Assembly: GCA_018060885.1 (NCBI GenBank)
Contig: JAGOVF010000002.1
Coordinates: 1-56,343 of the forward strand
DNA from: Oligoflexales bacterium
GTDB taxonomy: Bacteria > Bdellovibrionota_B > Oligoflexia > Oligoflexales > JAGOVF01
Length of the DNA: 56,343 nt
Direction of reading: 5' to 3'
The translations under genes were made by a program, and so were the position numbers. The notes below the pieces were generated by a model. It did no database searches. It saw only the letters and a list, made by a program, of their open reading frames with translations, and was not told where the DNA came from. This document shows, in pieces, positions 26,423 through 36,296 of this stretch. How positions within the stretch are numbered: the first letter of the stretch is position 1; every line of letters starts with the position of its first letter.

Positions 26423-27379
26423 ATGCGTTATTGGGTTGCTGCCTACCTATTTTTTTTCATACAATTTTTCGGGAATTTTGCAGCAGCACAAACAGCACAA
26501 AGTGAAACATATGAAGACTTTTTCGGTGTAAATGTTTTTTCTGAACAGCCGGTCTATTTAAATGATGTTGTAGATATGGGAGCAAAATGGGTTCGTATTG
26601 AATATAGGCTAAAAGGTAAAGATACATTTAATCACTATCGAAATATTATTAATAAGTTAAAACAAAAAAAAATAAAGGTATTGCTCTTGGTTGACTATAT
26701 GTCTACCACAGCGGCAACCCCAGGTTGGAAGGGGACAGATGCACTATGGACTGCATATTTGCCGCACTTTTTGCGCGAGGTCGAATCGATTGCGCAGTTT
26801 CTAAAAAATGATGTCGATGCGTGGGAGGTGTGGAATGAACCTGACCATGAATTAGAAGGTTATGATCCTGGAGTGCCAGCACATATCTTTGGTGTCATGC
26901 TAAAAGATGCGGCTTCACGAATTCGAAAACACAGTAGCAGCCCTCTGGTGATTGGCGGTTTGGCAACCAAGCGTTTCTCGTATTATGAAAATGCCTTGAA
27001 AGCTGCTGGCGGTGATTTGTCGATGTATGACGCCTTGGGCCTTCATACTTATGGTGCGAGTTTTATGACGATGACGACGGTCAAACGAGAGTTAGATTAT
27101 ATTTATAAGAAGTGGTTTGATCTAAGTGGTTTGCCGATTTGGTTGACCGAAGCGGGTGGAGTTGGTGATCCGCAAAACGAAAAATTTGCCGCAGACTATG
27201 TTGAGACTCTATTTACTCATACTTGGGATCAACATCGTGACTATGTAAAAAGAATTTTTTATTTTTCATGGCATGACATTGTCGGGTTTAGGCATGAAAG
27301 GTTTGGCTTAGTTAGATTGAATAATACGCGCAAACCTTCGTTTATAAAGTTTAGAGAGCTAGTGGATAATCCGCGATAG
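26423..27379 (+). CDS. Secreted clan GH-A (TIM-barrel, GH5/GH39-like) glycoside hydrolase
   Basis: WEVWNEPD (acid/base Glu in NEP) and PIWLTEAG (nucleophile Glu) are present, with a signal peptide. Confidence 0.65.
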   Translation: MRYWVAAYLFFFIQFFGNFAAAQTAQSETYEDFFGVNVFSEQPVYLNDVVDMGAKWVRIEYRLKGKDTFNHYRNIINKLKQKKIKVLLLVDYMSTTAATPGWKGTDALWTAYLPHFLREVESIAQFLKNDVDAWEVWNEPDHELEGYDPGVPAHIFGVMLKDAASRIRKHSSSPLVIGGLATKRFSYYENALKAAGGDLSMYDALGLHTYGASFMTMTTVKRELDYIYKKWFDLSGLPIWLTEAGGVGDPQNEKFAADYVETLFTHTWDQHRDYVKRIFYFSWHDIVGFRHERFGLVRLNNTRKPSFIKFRELVDNPR

Positions 27380-27393
27380 CTTGTGTCAATGTT

Positions 27394-28386
27394 TTAAAAA
27401 CTAGAAACATACGCGGATATTTCATTCCACATTGCTAAGTGTGAAGTAAGAGTGTTTGGATTAATACCAGAGCTTAGTCTCTGGCCTTCAAAAGTAAATG
27501 ATAATCCAAATTCGTGGTCTGGTTTAGCTTCGAAAAAATTTTCAAAATGAGAGTCATCAGATGCTCCAATGGCCGGGTATTGAAGGATATCAATAACGTT
27601 GCCGTATTCCATTTTGCTTATATGTTTTTTCGCCAGTTCCCCAACTTTCTTGGCAAGTTTATGCTTTTCTAGGGCAATATAACGTTCCTTTTGATTCATG
27701 CTATAGCCCCATGGATAGACGAGTGCGGCTGCGCTATTGCTATAACAACAGTGATAGTCAAAAGTCATTGCTAATTCGGCGTGATCGAGCTTCAGTTTTT
27801 GAGTAAGAAAGTGTGAGAGAGTGCGAGTTTCAATTTGGGATAGGCCTTTGTGATTTTTTCGTTTTAAAGGAAAGTCGCGATTGAGGTCAAAGCCCGCAAG
27901 ATTTCGCCGTTGTTTTTTTGTGTATCCGTCTGGATTTAGGATCGGGACGATATAATAGAGGCCGCCCTTATCAATGAAGTCAACGAGTCCTATCTGGGTC
28001 TTATTTTGATAGGCGTTGCTTATTGCATCAGCAAGTTGATCTTCGATACCTAGGTATTCGTCGCCATGAGTCGCGCCGCTGATAAAAATCACGGGTCGTT
28101 TATTCGTAAAAGTATTTACTGCAATGTTTTGGCCGATACGTAAAAAAATTAGCTCTTGTCCCAAAGCTGTATTGCCGTAGTTGGAGATTTCTACGAGACC
28201 GTTGTTATGTGCTAGATTTTTCAAATCACGGCTAATAGTTGCATAGCTGGCTCCCGTAATGCCACTAAAACTATGGAATTTGCCATCGTTATCAAATGGG
28301 CCACCACAGGCGCTAAAAAAAAGAAGGGCATAAAACGGCAAAATGATTTTGCTTGAGACTATTTTCATAGTAGACAGAAATGTCAT
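27394..28386 (-). CDS. M14-family zinc carboxypeptidase
   Basis: ISGATHGDEYLG (HxxE zinc ligands), NPDGY and NRDF motifs are present, with a signal peptide. Confidence 0.75.
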   Translation of the reverse strand: MTFLSTMKIVSSKIILPFYALLFFSACGGPFDNDGKFHSFSGITGASYATISRDLKNLAHNNGLVEISNYGNTALGQELIFLRIGQNIAVNTFTNKRPVIFISGATHGDEYLGIEDQLADAISNAYQNKTQIGLVDFIDKGGLYYIVPILNPDGYTKKQRRNLAGFDLNRDFPLKRKNHKGLSQIETRTLSHFLTQKLKLDHAELAMTFDYHCCYSNSAAALVYPWGYSMNQKERYIALEKHKLAKKVGELAKKHISKMEYGNVIDILQYPAIGASDDSHFENFFEAKPDHEFGLSFTFEGQRLSSGINPNTLTSHLAMWNEISAYVSSF

Positions 28387-28404
28387 AGCAGCTCCAAATG
28401 TTAA

Positions 28405-28439
28405 AAGACCTCTTTTAAGCTTAGCTTAAAAGAGGTCTT
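28405..28439 (-). terminator. Perfect 16-bp stem / 3-nt loop hairpin between two co-directional genes
   Basis: The sequence is AAGACCTCTTTTAAGC-TTA-GCTTAAAAGAGGTCTT. It lies ~60 nt downstream of the stop at 28497 and just upstream of the M14 start. There is no clean T-tract. Confidence 0.45.
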
Positions 28440-28496
28440 GAGCTCAAATTTAAGATTATATCCTTGAGTCGTGTCTATTTAATTAGAAATCTTCAA

Positions 28497-30389
28497 TCAC
28501 TGTCCCTTGCCTTTGTGTGTACTCGCAAGGTTTGGATCAAATACATACCGCCACCAATCGTGTAACAGGCCCTTAGTATTTTGACCTTTATACATTGGAA
28601 GGCGGTTCCACCACCATGCTTCATAACCTTTTGGGTCACAGCCCCAAGCGCTACAATCTATGTCAGAGACCGTGCCTTTGAAATTCGGATAATTGAGAAA
28701 ATCTTCGCAAGATGTATTTACTTTAGTTTTAGAGTCATAAGTGTAGGCACCAGTGTTAGTTGCAGGAAAATGTACGCTACCACAACCGTAAGTGTTGCTA
28801 TGTTTTGTTTGGAAATTATTATGGCCAAATCGATCCCAATTGTGATTTGTTGCGTTCATGTTCCATGAGCCGAATACATGCGTCATCGTTGCTTCTGCGC
28901 GGTGGCCAAAAGTGTGGCCACCGGGAATGCCAATCGAAACAAGTTTGTTGCAAGTAGATTTAAAGCTTGGTCCATTGTACCAAAATGGATCTGCTGAATT
29001 TGGTCCGGAAATTAAGGCCGATTCATAAAACCCAAACCACATAGCTCCGTGTATCCAAACTTCATCAACTCCCATTTCGTTGACTAGTTCACAAATTTTG
29101 TTTTCTTCAATAATTTTATTATAGTCCGCATAGTCCGGTTTGTGACCTGGTGTTTTACCTAGTGCAACATCCAGCCATTGTTCGTTTGTATATTGAAAGC
29201 CATCTTGTTTTTGCGGAATTTTTCGATGGATAATGTGATTTACAAAATTAAATTTCACTCTTTTGCAACTAACCTCGTTAAAAAATTCCGTTTCGCGCCA
29301 TAAGTGCTCTTTCATACTGACCCAGCGTCCGGGTTCAATTTGTCCGGCGATTTCTATCGCAGATTGGCCGTTGGAAAGTATGGGATTGTATTCAATGAGC
29401 AAGACATCCACTGAAATTTCGGGCCCTAATTCTTGATTTCGGGCACAATTTATGCCTTTTTTCCAATCTGTTTTATAAGAGTACTTATTTCCATAGTCGC
29501 TTTTTCCATTAACGTAAGTCCAGTATTTAGATCCAACTGTAATTGTTTCATGCTGATTAAACGACGCATCTGTGACAACTGATCTGGAATCAAATTTACA
29601 AGCATTGTTTTTTTTGCCGGAACAAGGTCCATTGATGTAACGTGGGACTGAGGTTAAAAGTTTTCCCAAGACCTGGCGATCTGGGTTTACAATATGTTCA
29701 GGGCTAGGTGCTTGATTGACGTAGTTCCAGTAGAGGCCATATGCAGTGATTGATTCAACGACTTCTATATTTAAGCCATTTTTTCTTAATAGAAATGCTC
29801 TTGAATCAAACAAACACTTTTTGCCCTGAGTCAAAGAACTGTGACATGGGCCGTTAAGATAGCGATCGACAGTTAATAAGCTGTTTGAATTTTCAGCTAG
29901 CACAGCTTCGCCACTGCTCTTTATTATTTTGTCTATTGAATAATTCCAATAGCCTCCATTAGCTGTAATAGAAAGCCACTTATAGCTTGGATGAAATTCC
30001 ATAGTATCAATAACGCAGTCAGTATTTTTTCCAAGAGCAGACTTGTTACAGACATTCTGTATTTTTGAGGTTATTAAAGGCTGTTTTTTAACTAATACTT
30101 GATCACGCAATTCAATATAAAATGATGTACTGTTTTCGATGAGGTTAACGATTTCAACCCTCGTATCTTTACCATTAACAGATAAGTTGAAAGCAGTGCG
30201 CGCAATAATTTGGCACTCGCTTTTACACTGATATTTTTTTGCCTCAAAAATTGAGTCGCCTGCAGTGTATAAATTTAATTGGGATTCGGAATCGGATTTA
30301 AAGCTATCGTCGGTGTCTTTAAATGATGATTGATCACCACAGGAGTACAAAAAAGAAGCGAATACTAAAATCGAGAAATTGATTTTCAT
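28497..30389 (-). CDS. Secreted lipoprotein of unknown function with repeated Cys-containing modules and a Trp/His-rich C-terminal domain
   Basis: Lipobox LYSCG is present. There are two copies of ...YWNY...RY(L/I)NGPC...(K/A)C(L/K)FDSR... The C-terminal ~330 aa is rich in W/H/C (GHTFGHR, CGSVHFP, WWWNR). Confidence 0.5.
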   Translation of the reverse strand: MKINFSILVFASFLYSCGDQSSFKDTDDSFKSDSESQLNLYTAGDSIFEAKKYQCKSECQIIARTAFNLSVNGKDTRVEIVNLIENSTSFYIELRDQVLVKKQPLITSKIQNVCNKSALGKNTDCVIDTMEFHPSYKWLSITANGGYWNYSIDKIIKSSGEAVLAENSNSLLTVDRYLNGPCHSSLTQGKKCLFDSRAFLLRKNGLNIEVVESITAYGLYWNYVNQAPSPEHIVNPDRQVLGKLLTSVPRYINGPCSGKKNNACKFDSRSVVTDASFNQHETITVGSKYWTYVNGKSDYGNKYSYKTDWKKGINCARNQELGPEISVDVLLIEYNPILSNGQSAIEIAGQIEPGRWVSMKEHLWRETEFFNEVSCKRVKFNFVNHIIHRKIPQKQDGFQYTNEQWLDVALGKTPGHKPDYADYNKIIEENKICELVNEMGVDEVWIHGAMWFGFYESALISGPNSADPFWYNGPSFKSTCNKLVSIGIPGGHTFGHRAEATMTHVFGSWNMNATNHNWDRFGHNNFQTKHSNTYGCGSVHFPATNTGAYTYDSKTKVNTSCEDFLNYPNFKGTVSDIDCSAWGCDPKGYEAWWWNRLPMYKGQNTKGLLHDWWRYVFDPNLASTHKGKGQ

Positions 30390-30552
30390 TTATTGATCCT
30401 TTAGTAATAAAAAGTTTAATTTTTGTTCGGATAATTAAACTGAATATTGAGTACTAAGGATCGATAAAACTTTTTAGTCAATTTTAACGAGCTAACTTTC
30501 TTATATTAAAAATAGAAATCAGTGTTTATTTAAAATAATTCTATTTGATCTG

Positions 30553-32583
30553 TTATAAATTAGGCTCTGCTTTTTTATGTATCACTGCGATGGAATTTTT
30601 TCCACCATAGGGATCCGGTTCAAATTCTGTAGCGTTAAGATCAGTGACCCAGGTTTTGCCATCAACTACAAATTTGTAAGAATAGCGTCCAGGCTTGAGA
30701 GGAACTTTTATAGTCCATTCTTTGGTTTTTACATTGTATTCGAGGTTCATATCGCTAGGATTCCAGCCATTAAAATCACCCGCGATGTTTACGGAACTTG
30801 CATTGGGGACAGGTGCCTTAAATCTAAATTCTGAAACAATGAAATCTGATGCTACGAAGTCGCTTTTCGAAACAGAGATATCATATTTTTCGGGAATTAA
30901 AGCTTTTTTAGGATTCTTTCCGATTAAAATATCTGAGGAAAAAGGTGCTAGAGCCATCTTTATGATTGGGTTCTTGTCTTTTTGTGTAGGCTTAATTATC
31001 TGATTGTTAAGACTAGATTGCAGTTGTTCAAGATCAGACATCACATAGCGCAGAGGCACTTCTATCTCACGTTGATCAGATGAAGCATTTATTCCTATGA
31101 TAGCAAAATCATCAGCAGCAACTTTACCATAGATATACGTGCTCGCATCTTTATAGAGCTCAATAAATTGTCCTTGCATGAGTGCGAGACTTGATTTACG
31201 CGCAGAAGTTAGCTTGCGAAGGTGTTGAATGATTCCCTCTGGGTCTTTTTCTTCCTGCGTTACGGTATTCCAAGGCATCATGCGGCGGTTTAAATAATCA
31301 GTTGACTCGCCGCTTTCAGGATCGACATCTGGACCGCCGGCAAGTGCGACTTCCGTCCCATAATAGATTACTGGTATTCCGTTCATAGTATTAATGAAGG
31401 TCAAAGCGAGTTTAATGCGCTCTTTAGTGCGGTCCGGTGTTAGATGCGCAAAACGTTGCAAGTCGTGGTTGTCGATCAGGAGAGCTGGTGTAAAACTATT
31501 GCCGTAAATTTCCAGGTTTTTTAGAAGTCGCGTGCTTAAAACGTCGATGTTTGATCCCTGAGCAAATACCTGGCGCAAAGTGTAGTAAAGGGGTATGTCA
31601 AACATGGAATCAAATCCAACATTTTTATATTGTGCCAAATATTCTGCATCACCGGAGAAAACTTCTCCAAGCATGAGGAAATCTTTGCCTGCAAAGTCTT
31701 TAATGTCCTTATTAATTTTTTTCCAAAAATCTTTGTTTACATGTTTCACTGCATCAAGTCTAAATCCGTCTGCGCCGGTTTGTTCAATCCAGAATTTCGA
31801 AGTGTCGAGTAGATAGGTATAAACATTAGGGTTGTCTTGATTAAAATCTGGCAAACCCATAAGTTCATATGTCTCAAGTTCTATTTGATCATTCCAATTT
31901 TTTATCGATGTGCTGCCATCTGTTTCTGAATGCGGATGAAACCACTTTTCAAAGGCGCGGCTCTTCCAGTTTTTCTTTTCAACCACAAAAGGATGTTCGG
32001 GCCCGACTTGGTTATAAGTCATATCTAAAAGAATTTTTAAGCCTTGTTTCTGACTCTCGCTGACGAGTTTTTTCATTAGACTCATATCGCCAAAATGATC
32101 TTCGACTGCAAAGAGATCTACGGGATGGTAACCATGATACGGCCACCAACCAAAATAGTCTTTGTTAGCGTTTTCAAAAACTGGAGATAGCCAAATGGTC
32201 GTTACACCTAAGCTCTTTAGATAGGGGAGTTTGTCAAGGACGCCTTGCAAATCACCTCCCTGATAGGTTTTTAGGGCGGTTTTGTTTTTTAAATCACCAT
32301 CAAAAAATTGATGTGACATAGGATTGCCGGCACTGTTGTTTTCTTTGTTTCCGTCGTGGAATCTATCAACTAAAAGAAAGTATATTATTTCTTTATTCCA
32401 ATCTATTGACTCCACTTTTTTATTTGCGAGCTTGGCGGCGGCTTTTGTTCTCTGGCGCAATTGAGGGCCGAGCTGTTCATGTTTTTGTATAATATCCTCA
32501 TCGCTTATTTTCTCAGCTAAAAGATCGACCGGCAAAATAAAACTAAGATTTAAGGCTACGAGTAAAGATATTTTTCGCATCAT
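30553..32583 (-). CDS. Secreted GH13 alpha-amylase-family enzyme with C-terminal CBM48/E-set-like glycogen-binding module
   Basis: GH13 conserved regions are present: DGFRLDAVKH (II), GEVF (III), IDNHD (IV). The C-terminus reads GDFNGWNP...W...PGRYSYKFVVDG. Confidence 0.8.
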   Translation of the reverse strand: MMRKISLLVALNLSFILPVDLLAEKISDEDIIQKHEQLGPQLRQRTKAAAKLANKKVESIDWNKEIIYFLLVDRFHDGNKENNSAGNPMSHQFFDGDLKNKTALKTYQGGDLQGVLDKLPYLKSLGVTTIWLSPVFENANKDYFGWWPYHGYHPVDLFAVEDHFGDMSLMKKLVSESQKQGLKILLDMTYNQVGPEHPFVVEKKNWKSRAFEKWFHPHSETDGSTSIKNWNDQIELETYELMGLPDFNQDNPNVYTYLLDTSKFWIEQTGADGFRLDAVKHVNKDFWKKINKDIKDFAGKDFLMLGEVFSGDAEYLAQYKNVGFDSMFDIPLYYTLRQVFAQGSNIDVLSTRLLKNLEIYGNSFTPALLIDNHDLQRFAHLTPDRTKERIKLALTFINTMNGIPVIYYGTEVALAGGPDVDPESGESTDYLNRRMMPWNTVTQEEKDPEGIIQHLRKLTSARKSSLALMQGQFIELYKDASTYIYGKVAADDFAIIGINASSDQREIEVPLRYVMSDLEQLQSSLNNQIIKPTQKDKNPIIKMALAPFSSDILIGKNPKKALIPEKYDISVSKSDFVASDFIVSEFRFKAPVPNASSVNIAGDFNGWNPSDMNLEYNVKTKEWTIKVPLKPGRYSYKFVVDGKTWVTDLNATEFEPDPYGGKNSIAVIHKKAEPNL

Positions 32584-32607
32584 TTTTTCCTAAATGTAAT
32601 ATTTTAA

Positions 32608-33771
32608 TTATGACAACATTTTTTTATAATCATCGTAAGAAAAACTACGAACAACCTTAAAATTACGAGTTTTATCTTCAATCACTGCAATGTCTGGTAG
32701 GTTGACGCCATTAAACTGAGTCGTTTTCACCATGGTATAGTGTGCCATGTCCGTAAAAACGAGGCGGTCGCCAATTTTTAAAGGCTGATCAAAGCTGTAA
32801 TCACCTATAACATCTCCAGCTAAGCAAGTTAAGCCTCCGAGTTTGTAAGTGTAAGGTTTTTCTCCAGGTAGCGCTGCGCCGATAATTTCTGGGCGGTAGG
32901 GCATTTCAATAACGTCAGGCATATGCGCAGTCGCCGAAGTGTCTAATATAGCTATATCACCAGCGTTGTAAGTTAAGTCGACGACGCTACTTACTAGGAA
33001 GCCAGTATTTAAGGCAATAGCTTCCCCGGGTTCGAGGTAAACGTCGCCGTCAAAATCTTTGCGAAAGTCTTTAAGGATTTTTATAAGTAAATCTGTGTCG
33101 TAGTCGGGCCGAGTTATGTGGTGACCGCCACCGAAATTGATAAAACGACACTTGTGTAAATAATTTCCAACCCGCTTATGAATGACGGCAATGCTGCGTT
33201 GTAAAACATCAGAACCTTGTTGGCACATTGTGTGGAAGTGCAGGCCGTCGATATTTTCCCATTCTTGTTCGTTCAATTTAGCTAAATCTTCCCACCAGAC
33301 CCCGAAACGTGAGCCAGGAGCGCAGGGATTATAGAGCATGACCTTTACTTCTGAGTAGCCATGGTTTACTCGTAGGCCGATTTGAATTTTTTTTCCAATG
33401 CGCGAAGCTATGGCGCGCATTTTAGGAGCTTGTGTCCGAAATTGATTAAGAGAATTAAAAACAAAATGGTCAGCGCTGTTAACTATTTGTTCGAGTTCAT
33501 GATCTAAAAATGCAGGAGTGTAAACATGTACTTCTTTTTTAAAAAACTCTGCGCCTAAACAGGCTTCATTAAGACTAGATGCGGCCACACCATCTAAATA
33601 TTCCATGATAAGAGGTGCTACGCCATGCATAGCAAAACCTTTTAAAGCGAGCAGAATCTTGACACCGCTCGCATCTTTGACCATTTTAAGCCGTTCAAGG
33701 TTCTTGCGTAAAAGTGCCGTATCGACAACAAAAACAGGTGTGTTTTCTATCTTTTCAGTTTGCAAGTTCAT
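32608..33771 (-). CDS. nspC: Carboxynorspermidine/carboxyspermidine decarboxylase
   Basis: The layout is fold-III PLP decarboxylase-like (~387 aa, ...LLALKGF..., GGGHH). It overlaps by 17 nt the upstream saccharopine-dehydrogenase-family gene, which is the canonical pair. Confidence 0.7.
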   Translation of the reverse strand: MNLQTEKIENTPVFVVDTALLRKNLERLKMVKDASGVKILLALKGFAMHGVAPLIMEYLDGVAASSLNEACLGAEFFKKEVHVYTPAFLDHELEQIVNSADHFVFNSLNQFRTQAPKMRAIASRIGKKIQIGLRVNHGYSEVKVMLYNPCAPGSRFGVWWEDLAKLNEQEWENIDGLHFHTMCQQGSDVLQRSIAVIHKRVGNYLHKCRFINFGGGHHITRPDYDTDLLIKILKDFRKDFDGDVYLEPGEAIALNTGFLVSSVVDLTYNAGDIAILDTSATAHMPDVIEMPYRPEIIGAALPGEKPYTYKLGGLTCLAGDVIGDYSFDQPLKIGDRLVFTDMAHYTMVKTTQFNGVNLPDIAVIEDKTRNFKVVRSFSYDDYKKMLS

Positions 33772-34948
33772 TAAAGGGCACCGATTTCCATGGCAGTCCG
33801 AACTTAGCCATGACTTCCATAAATGGATCAGGGTTTAATTGTTCGCAATTAAAAACGCCGGCTTGAAGCCAGGTTTTATCAGCGATCAAGGCCGCTCCCA
33901 TAGCTGGTGGAACACCTGCGGTATAAGCGACACCTTGTGAGAAGGTTTCTTTATAACATTCTTGGTGATCACAAATTTGGTAAATGTAATGTGTCGAACG
34001 TTTACCGTTTTTGATGCCAGTAATGATACAGCCGATATTTGTTTTTCCTTTAGTCCGAGGACCAAGAGAGCCTGGATCAGGAAGCAAAGCTTTCAAGAAT
34101 TGAATAGGCACAATTTTTTGACCTTGATAGTCAATCGGCTCTATGGAAGTCAAACCAACATTCTTGAATGCCTTCAAATGCATGATGTAACTTTCACCAA
34201 AGGTCATCCAAAATCGAGCGCGTTTAATTTCTGGAAAGTGTTTAGTAATAGTTTCGAGCTCTTCGTGGTAGATTAAATACATATCTTTTGGTCCAACTTC
34301 TTCGAAGTTGAAAGATTGTTTAATGGACATAGCTGGTATTGTGACCCACTTATTATTGTCCCAATAGCGTCCATGATTATCGAGCTCGCGCAGATTTATT
34401 TCCGGATTAAAATTAGTTGCAAAAGGCAAACCATGATCACCGCCGTTACAGTCCAAAATATCTAAAGTTTCGATAGTATCGAAATAATGTTTTTTTGCAT
34501 AAGCCACAAAAACATTTGTCACTCCAGGATCAAAACCGCAGCCTAAAAGCCCCATAATTCCGGCTGATTTATAGCGATCGTGGTAAGGCCATTGCCATTT
34601 GTAAGAGAAATTTGAGTCGTTAAGCGGCTCATAACACGCGGTATCAACGTAATGCACACCCTTTTCAAGGCAAGCGTCCATTATGGAGAGATTTTGATAA
34701 GGTAAGGCGACGTTGATTAAAAGATCGGGCTTGAATTTGTCGATTAATTTGCAAAGCTCTGGGACAGAATCTGCGTTGACTTGTTCAGTTTTGATCGGTC
34801 TTTTTAGCTGTTTCGCAATTGCTTCGCATTTTGCTAGAGTGCGGCTTGCAAGACAAATTTCCGAGAAATATTCTGGAAATTGCGCGCATTTATGTGTAGT
34901 AACAGTTCCAACTGCACCGGCTCCAATGATAAGAACTCTTGCTGACAT
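33755..34948 (-). CDS. Carboxynorspermidine synthase/dehydrogenase (saccharopine dehydrogenase family)
   Basis: The Rossmann N-terminus is VLIIGAGAVG, length is ~400 aa, and it is paired with nspC. I prefer the ATG at 34948 (AAGG upstream) over the TTG at 34963. Confidence 0.7.
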   Translation of the reverse strand: MSARVLIIGAGAVGTVTTHKCAQFPEYFSEICLASRTLAKCEAIAKQLKRPIKTEQVNADSVPELCKLIDKFKPDLLINVALPYQNLSIMDACLEKGVHYVDTACYEPLNDSNFSYKWQWPYHDRYKSAGIMGLLGCGFDPGVTNVFVAYAKKHYFDTIETLDILDCNGGDHGLPFATNFNPEINLRELDNHGRYWDNNKWVTIPAMSIKQSFNFEEVGPKDMYLIYHEELETITKHFPEIKRARFWMTFGESYIMHLKAFKNVGLTSIEPIDYQGQKIVPIQFLKALLPDPGSLGPRTKGKTNIGCIITGIKNGKRSTHYIYQICDHQECYKETFSQGVAYTAGVPPAMGAALIADKTWLQAGVFNCEQLNPDPFMEVMAKFGLPWKSVPFNELAN

Positions 34949-35117
34949 AGAGTAACCTTTCAACTTTTACAAAAAACCAAGGCTCTTTTCTAACTGCCGG
35001 GGGCGAAAAAAGCCATCATTTTTGCACCAGGAATTAATTTCGTTGCTTGAGTAAATTGTAATTTGCTGTTATCTAAACTTTCGTAATGCGCAAATTTATC
35101 TGCAAATGGGGTGATGC

Positions 35118-35657
35118 TTGGAAAAGTTAATAAATATCAGGATCTTAGCCGTGTTTTTGGTCGTTTTTTTAAGTCCGCGAGCTGAGGCGACATCCTGCTC
35201 TCAAGTGTATGACTATTATCTGAGCTTTCTTGTCGACCATTCTCAGTGGGAAAAACCGGTGTCCTCTATAGAGGCGCTTGTAGGTGTAGAGACTTTGGAA
35301 AAAAACTCTAGCCATGTTGTCGTGGAAAACTATATTGAAGGATTTTCAAAATTTAATTTAGAATCTAATGAAAATAGTTCTTGGTTACGAACAAAACTGA
35401 CCGTGTCATCTTGGATGACGAGTGGTCCTTCGACAGAGCTAACTGACCCCAAAATTACTCTAATAATCCAATTTTTTGATGGCACTGTAAAAATTCAAAA
35501 TTTTGAATTGAAAACAGACCAGAGTTTCATTTTGTCTGGCTACGAAGACTTAGATGTAAAGGCTAAGTTTATGTCGACACTTTTTGAACAAGAATTTGTC
35601 AAAGGGGCGACGCCATCGGAAAATGTTTGTTTTAGAGTTCAAACTCGCGGCTGTTGA
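35118..35657 (+). CDS. Secreted hypothetical protein
   Basis: The start is TTG and a signal peptide is present (ILAVFLVVFLSPRAEA). No motif was recognised. Confidence 0.4.
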   Translation: MEKLINIRILAVFLVVFLSPRAEATSCSQVYDYYLSFLVDHSQWEKPVSSIEALVGVETLEKNSSHVVVENYIEGFSKFNLESNENSSWLRTKLTVSSWMTSGPSTELTDPKITLIIQFFDGTVKIQNFELKTDQSFILSGYEDLDVKAKFMSTLFEQEFVKGATPSENVCFRVQTRGC

Positions 35658-35699
35658 TTTTTATAAATAAAATAATTTTTTTAAATTTGGGAATTTCAG

Positions 35700-36296
35700 A
35701 TGTCTACTTGTGCAAAACACTTTTCGAGATGCCTGCTTGCTTTATTTTGTTTTTCTTTTTCAAATAGTTTTTTAAATGCAGAAGAAGTAATAAATCATGG
35801 CGTTCGGCATAGCAATACTCGCAGTGAACGCATTACGGTCAAGGCAAAGGAAGATCCGTGCTGCGGAACCTATTTTTCCAGTATAGATGCGCATATTAAT
35901 TTAAAATATTTCAATAGAGAATTACCCTGGGGAGTTAAAGTTTTTTTAATTTATGGTTTTAAGCGGGTCATGACTCGTCCCGATATTTATTGGACTGCCG
36001 ATTGGCAATTTATAAATGAAGTAGAAATGCCTGCAAGCGCTAGTTGGACCTGGAGCAGCAAATTTTCGCAAAATCTAGCGCGACGTGGATCTTCTGAGGT
36101 CTATAGTAATCTTCAATTTGTTTTTAAAATTGTTTATCCAGACGGCTCTATAGAATGGAGCCGTGGCTCTGACAACGAACTCGGGTTTTACGAGACCGCA
36201 GGAATTTTGAGTTATGGCTATCCTCAAGTAGAAAAATGTGTGTCAGGAACGGAAGATCCCGAAGGGTTTTGTCAGCTTAAGCTCTTTATCAAATAG
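35700..36296 (+). CDS. Secreted hypothetical protein (weak CBM21-like starch-binding resemblance)
   Basis: A signal peptide is present. The beta-rich pattern VKVFLIYGF...WTADWQF...LQFVFKIVYPDGSIEWSRGSDNELGFY is reminiscent of CBM21, but only by eye. Confidence 0.4.
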   Translation: MSTCAKHFSRCLLALFCFSFSNSFLNAEEVINHGVRHSNTRSERITVKAKEDPCCGTYFSSIDAHINLKYFNRELPWGVKVFLIYGFKRVMTRPDIYWTADWQFINEVEMPASASWTWSSKFSQNLARRGSSEVYSNLQFVFKIVYPDGSIEWSRGSDNELGFYETAGILSYGYPQVEKCVSGTEDPEGFCQLKLFIK

